Source: Acidimicrobiales bacterium
GTDB lineage: Bacteria; Actinomycetota; Acidimicrobiia; Acidimicrobiales; Bog-793
Length of the DNA stretch: 64,000 nucleotides
Direction: 5' to 3'
Assembly (NCBI GenBank): GCA_050013835.1
Contig: JBEKEM010000011.1
Location: 5,896 to 69,895, forward strand
The notes under the pieces were generated by a model. It worked only from the letters and a program-made list of their open reading frames with translations. It was not told where the DNA came from and ran no database searches. Positions within the stretch are counted from its first letter, which is position 1; every line of letters begins with the position of its first letter. The translations under genes and the position numbers were made by a program. Below, one piece after another: positions 59,785-64,000 of the stretch.

Positions 59785-62700
59785 TCACGACGGGTCGGTG
59801 GCGAGCACCGGGGCGGAGCTCACCCCGTTGCGCCGTGTCGCGTCCCCGCGGCGCTCCACCTTCTCGCTCACGACCTTGGATGCGCCTCCGGGCTGGAGGG
59901 AGATCCCGTAGAGGGCGTCGGCGACCTCCATCGTCCGCTTCTGGTGGCTGACGATGAGGAGCTGGGCGTCGGCGCGGAACTCGTCGACGAGGGCGAGGAA
60001 ACGCCCGAGGTTCACGTCGTCGAGCGCCGCCTCGACCTCGTCGAGGACGTAGAACGGCGACGGCCGGCTGCGGAACACGGCGAAGAGGAACCCGAGGGCG
60101 ACGAGCGCGCGCTCCCCGCCTGAGAGCAGCGAGAGCCGCCGGACGTTGCGGCCGGCGGGGCGGGCCTCGATCTCGACGCCCGACGAGAGCAGGTCCTCGG
60201 GCGTGGACAGGTGCAGCCGTCCCGACCCGCCCGGGAACAGTGTGGCGACAAGTGACGCGAAATTCCGCTCGACGTCGGCGAAGGCGACGGTGAACGCCTC
60301 GACGATTTGGGCGTCGACCGCCGCGATGACGCGGTTCAGGTCCCGGCGGGCGGAGCGCACGTCGTCGAGCTGGCCGTCGAGGAACGTCCGCCGGTCGACG
60401 AGGACGGCGAGCTCCTCGGCGGCGAGCGGGTTCACGGGACCGAGGGCGGCGAGCTCCCGCTCGAGCTGGCGCACCCGGGCCTCGACCGTGGTGGCGGGTG
60501 GGAGCGGCGGCGCCTCGGCGACGATCGCCTCGCGGGGATCGGCGTCGAACTCGCGGCGTACCCGGTCCTGCGCCGTCTCCTCGCGGACCCGCGCCTCGGC
60601 GAGGTCGATCTCCAGCCGCTGGCGGCGTTCCCGGTCCGCCGTGACGAGAACCTCGAGCTCGTCGCGGGCACGGCGGGTCTCGCCGAGGCGCGCCAGTCGC
60701 TCCCCACTGGCGGTCGTCCGGCGGTCCCTTTCGGCGATGGCGGCCTCGATCCCCCGCCCGAGCCGGTCGCTGAGAGCATCGAGCTGGCTCGCGAAGCGCC
60801 CGAGCGCCTCGTCGTCGGCACCGCTTGGACCGCGGGCCCCGGCGGCGAGGGTCCGCCGCTCCTCCAGCGTCGCGGCGAGCTCGGCCCGGCGGACCGAAAA
60901 CAATGCCACCCGCTCGTCAAGGGCGGCGGTGCGCACCTCGAGCTCGCGGCGGCGCTCGCCGAGCGCCCGTTCGAGCGCGGCGATCGCGCGCCGGGCCTCC
61001 GTCTCCGCCTCGGCAATCACGGCCTCCCCCGCCGCGCGGGCGGCGACGAGACGCTCCTCCGCTTCGGCGAGGTCACGCTCGGCAGCAGCGGCGGCGGCGG
61101 CGGCCCGCACCTCGTCCGCGGCGGTGCCCTCCTCGACGGCGAGGAGCTCGAGCTGGCGGGTGAGGTCCGCCTGGGCCGCCTCGACGCCTGTCCTCTCGCC
61201 GGTCAGGCGGTCGACCTGCCGCCGGGCCTCCTGGGCCGCCGCCCGGGCCGGGACGGCGGCGAGGCGCGCTTCCTCATCGGCTGCCTCGGCCAGCTCGAGG
61301 GCGATCCCGGCGTCCACGTCCGCTCCGCGGGCCGCCTCGAGGGCGGCGCGCGTCGCCCCGGCGCGGCCGGCCCCGATACGCCAGCCCGACGGCGAGAAGC
61401 AGTCGCCCTCGGGGGTGACGAAGGTCCGCCCGGGCTCGGCAACCGCCCGTTCGATCACCGCCCCCGGCCCACCGCGAACAACCTCCACGTCGCCGATCAG
61501 CCGGTCGAGGAGCTGGGAGACGGCGGGATCGGTGCAGCGCACCGCGCCCCGCAACGCCTCAGCCCCGTGCGGCACCGTCCGCATCCGCGCCGGTGCCGCG
61601 TCGACAGGCACGAGCGGCACGATGTTGCCGCCCGAACCCGAGGCGCGCAGCCGCTCGACCGCCGCTCGCGCCGAGGCGCCCCCGTTGACGAGCACCGCGT
61701 CGAGCACCCCCTCGACCGCCGCCTCGAAAGCGAGGGCGAGGTCGTCGTCGACCTCCACGACGTCGAGCAGGGTGCCCACCACCCCGGGGACGCTGGAGAG
61801 CCGCTCGATCCCCGCCCGGGCGCGGGCCTCGTCGAGGGCGGCCTCGAGGGCTTCGACCAGGGCGCGGGCCGCCTGTCGGCGTGCCGTGCAGACCCGCCGC
61901 GTCTCGTCCGCCCCGGCGGCGACCCGCTCGCCGGCAGCTTCGGCGCGGTCGGCGAGCCGGGACTCGTCGGCCGCCCTGGCGAGCTCGGCGCCGAGCCTGG
62001 CGAGCTCGGTCTTCGTCGCCGCGAGCCGGCCGTCGAGCTCGCGGCGCCGTCGCTCGCAGGCTGCCAGGCGCTCGGCGGCCCGCACCTCGGCCTCGCGGCT
62101 CGCCCTGGCCACCGAAACCGCCACCTCACGGGCGCCGCGCGCCTTGGCCACCGCCTCCGGCGGCGCCCCGCCCCCGGCGCCGAACCGCTCCTCGTGCTCC
62201 GCCCGCTGGCGGGCAAGACCGGCCTCGTCCGTCGCGAGCGCCGTGAACTCGGGCGCGAGTGACTTCCGGTCCGACTCGGCCGCGGCGAGGGCCGCCTCGA
62301 CGGCGTCGAGCTCGCCGGCGAGAGAGGCGGTCGCGACCCCTCCCCGCAGCACCGCGGCCAGGGCGGCGCCGGCCCGCCGGCGCTCGTTGACGAGGGCCAA
62401 CCGGCCGCGCGTCCGCTCGGCCAGCTGCTCGAGTCGCCCGATCAACGGCGAGAGGTCGTCGGCGCCGGCTGCCCCCAGCTCCTCCTCGATCGCGGCGAGC
62501 CGGGCGTTGAGCACGTCGAGCTCGGCCCCGCGCCGCGCCAGGCCCTCCTCGAGCTGCGCCGCCTGGGCGTCGAGGGCGGCGCGGCGCCCGGTGAGCTCGG
62601 CGAGCTCGCGCCCGGCCAGATGGAGCTGCAACGCCGAGAGCTCCGCCTCGAGCTCGCCGTGCCGGCGGGCCGAGGTCGCCTGGCGCTCGAGCGGCCGCAG

Positions 62701-63303
62701 CTGGCGCTTGACCTCCCGCAAAAGGTCCTGGACACGGGCGAGTCCGGCGTCGGTCGCCTCGAGGCGGCGGCTCGCCCGCTCGCGGCGGCGGCGGTACTTG
62801 AGGATCCCCGCCGCCTCCTCGATGACGGCCCGGCGGTCCTCGGGTCTCGCCACCAGCACGGCGTCGAGCTGGCCCTGGCCGACGACGATGTGCTGCTGGC
62901 GGCCGACACCGGCGTCGCTGAGCAGCTCCTGGACGTCGAGCAGCCGGCAGGCCGCGCCGTTGATGGCGTACTCGCTGTCGCCGGAGCGGAAGAGCGTCCG
63001 GCTGACCGTCACCTCGGCGAGATCGATCGGCAGCCGGTTCGCCGCGTTGTCGATCGTGAGGGTGACCTCGGCCCTCCCGAGCGCCGCCCGCTTCGCCGTC
63101 CCGGCGAAGATGACGTCGTCCATCCTCGCCGAGCGCACGATGCTCGGTCCCTGGGCACCGAGGACCCAGGCGATGGCGTCGACGACGTTGGACTTGCCCG
63201 AGCCGTTCGGCCCGACGACGACGGTGACGCCGGGCTCGAACTCAAGCGTCGTCGGGTCGGCGAACGACTTGAATCCCTTGAGGGAAAGCGACTTCAGGAA
63301 CAC
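59785..63303 (-). CDS. smc: Chromosome segregation protein SMC
   Basis: GFKSFA, GPNGSGKSN, hinge domain, LSGGE, LDEVEAALD. Confidence 0.96.
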   Translation of the reverse strand: MFLKSLSLKGFKSFADPTTLEFEPGVTVVVGPNGSGKSNVVDAIAWVLGAQGPSIVRSARMDDVIFAGTAKRAALGRAEVTLTIDNAANRLPIDLAEVTVSRTLFRSGDSEYAINGAACRLLDVQELLSDAGVGRQQHIVVGQGQLDAVLVARPEDRRAVIEEAAGILKYRRRRERASRRLEATDAGLARVQDLLREVKRQLRPLERQATSARRHGELEAELSALQLHLAGRELAELTGRRAALDAQAAQLEEGLARRGAELDVLNARLAAIEEELGAAGADDLSPLIGRLEQLAERTRGRLALVNERRRAGAALAAVLRGGVATASLAGELDAVEAALAAAESDRKSLAPEFTALATDEAGLARQRAEHEERFGAGGGAPPEAVAKARGAREVAVSVARASREAEVRAAERLAACERRRRELDGRLAATKTELARLGAELARAADESRLADRAEAAGERVAAGADETRRVCTARRQAARALVEALEAALDEARARAGIERLSSVPGVVGTLLDVVEVDDDLALAFEAAVEGVLDAVLVNGGASARAAVERLRASGSGGNIVPLVPVDAAPARMRTVPHGAEALRGAVRCTDPAVSQLLDRLIGDVEVVRGGPGAVIERAVAEPGRTFVTPEGDCFSPSGWRIGAGRAGATRAALEAARGADVDAGIALELAEAADEEARLAAVPARAAAQEARRQVDRLTGERTGVEAAQADLTRQLELLAVEEGTAADEVRAAAAAAAAERDLAEAEERLVAARAAGEAVIAEAETEARRAIAALERALGERRRELEVRTAALDERVALFSVRRAELAATLEERRTLAAGARGPSGADDEALGRFASQLDALSDRLGRGIEAAIAERDRRTTASGERLARLGETRRARDELEVLVTADRERRQRLEIDLAEARVREETAQDRVRREFDADPREAIVAEAPPLPPATTVEARVRQLERELAALGPVNPLAAEELAVLVDRRTFLDGQLDDVRSARRDLNRVIAAVDAQIVEAFTVAFADVERNFASLVATLFPGGSGRLHLSTPEDLLSSGVEIEARPAGRNVRRLSLLSGGERALVALGFLFAVFRSRPSPFYVLDEVEAALDDVNLGRFLALVDEFRADAQLLIVSHQKRTMEVADALYGISLQPGGASKVVSEKVERRGDATRRNGVSSAPVLATDPS

Positions 63304-63391
63304 GGCGCCGCCACGTTACCCGGGTGCGACGACCGACTCGCGATGATGCCGCGCGGGGCGGCTGCTTGGGGGCGCGGCGCGCCGCGCCGGA

Positions 63392-64000
63392 TCACGACTG
63401 GCAAACCGGGCAGAAATGCGCCGCCCGACCTGCGAGGCGCGTCCGCATCACCTCGGCCCCGCAGACGTGGCAGGGCTCGCCGGCCCGGCCGTAGACGGCG
63501 TGCTCGAACTGGAAGCCCCCCGGCGAGTCGAACAGGTCCCGGTAGCTCCCGTCGCCGAGCGAGGTCCCGCCGGCCGCGACCGCCCGCTGCAAGACAAGGC
63601 GCAGGCCGGCCGCCAACCTGGCGAATTCGTCCGGACCAAGCGTGTCCGTCCTCCGGTCGGGGCGCAGGCCGGCGGCGAAGCAGATCTCGTCGGCGTAGAT
63701 GTTGCCGACGCCGGCGACGACGCGCTGGTCGAGGAGCAGCGCCTTCAACGTCGTGCGGCGGCCCGCCACGAGCCGGCGGAGCGCCTCGGGACCGATCTCG
63801 CCCTGGAGGGCGTCGGGGCCGAGACGGCCGGTCACCTCGGCGAGGAGCGATTCCCCCGGCAGCGCGAGGAAGAGCTCACCGAAGGTCCGCGGGTCGACGA
63901 AGCGCAGCTCCCGACCGTCGTCGAGCGAGAGCACGGCGTGGGTGTGGGCCGGGCGCGCGACCTGCGGCGAGTCGGCGAGGACGAGGCGCCCGGTCATCCG
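63392..64000 (-). CDS. mutM: Formamidopyrimidine-DNA glycosylase, 5' part outside the window
   Basis: MTG, DPRTFG, LGPD, LLDQ..VAGVGNIYADE; zinc finger CHVC...FCPVCQ. Confidence 0.95.
   Translation of the reverse strand, partial: RMTGRLVLADSPQVARPAHTHAVLSLDDGRELRFVDPRTFGELFLALPGESLLAEVTGRLGPDALQGEIGPEALRRLVAGRRTTLKALLLDQRVVAGVGNIYADEICFAAGLRPDRRTDTLGPDEFARLAAGLRLVLQRAVAAGGTSLGDGSYRDLFDSPGGFQFEHAVYGRAGEPCHVCGAEVMRTRLAGRAAHFCPVCQS

Noticed and set aside
60146..63346. 1066-aa plus-strand ORF and many other long Arg/Ala/Ser-rich ORFs (e.g. 37147-39519, 10756-12615, 25749-27332)
   Set aside because: Antisense or off-frame shadows of real genes, expected at this GC content; no recognisable motifs.

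Overview
High-GC chromosomal window, densely coding. Gene order and protein families point to an actinobacterium, most likely Acidimicrobiia (inferred from DUF929, GYW-repeat surface proteins and the ribosomal blocks). Most of it is core genome on the minus strand, in three blocks: (1) mutM-smc-ftsY-ffh-rpsP-khpA-rimM-trmD-rplS-DUF2469; (2) tig-clpP-clpX-folC-ndk-mreBCD-mrdA-rne-rplU-rpmA-obgE-proB-proA...nadD-rsfS; (3) xerC-rpsB-tsf-pyrH-frr-cdsA-dxr-rseP-ispG. It also holds tRNA-Pro(TGG) and tRNA-Gly(TCC), a decayed IS256 remnant at the left edge, and accessory genes. I found no CRISPR array, prophage or intact mobile element. The most interesting observations: a DUF929(CPYC)-VKOR operon that looks like a non-canonical disulfide-bond formation pair; a DosS-like heme-GAF kinase facing a DosR-like regulator whose DNA-recognition helix has degenerated, with tandem DosR-type boxes between them; an Mre11/Rad50-like YhaO/YhaN pair with a predicted membrane hairpin; a secreted Thr-stalk/repeat/GH25-like protein; several normally syntenic genes absent here (rodA, valS, lepB/rnhB, yraN/comM/dprA); a 28-codon ORF bridging nadD and rsfS; and widespread leaderless-type promoters. 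All functional calls come from motif recognition by eye; no database searches were run.
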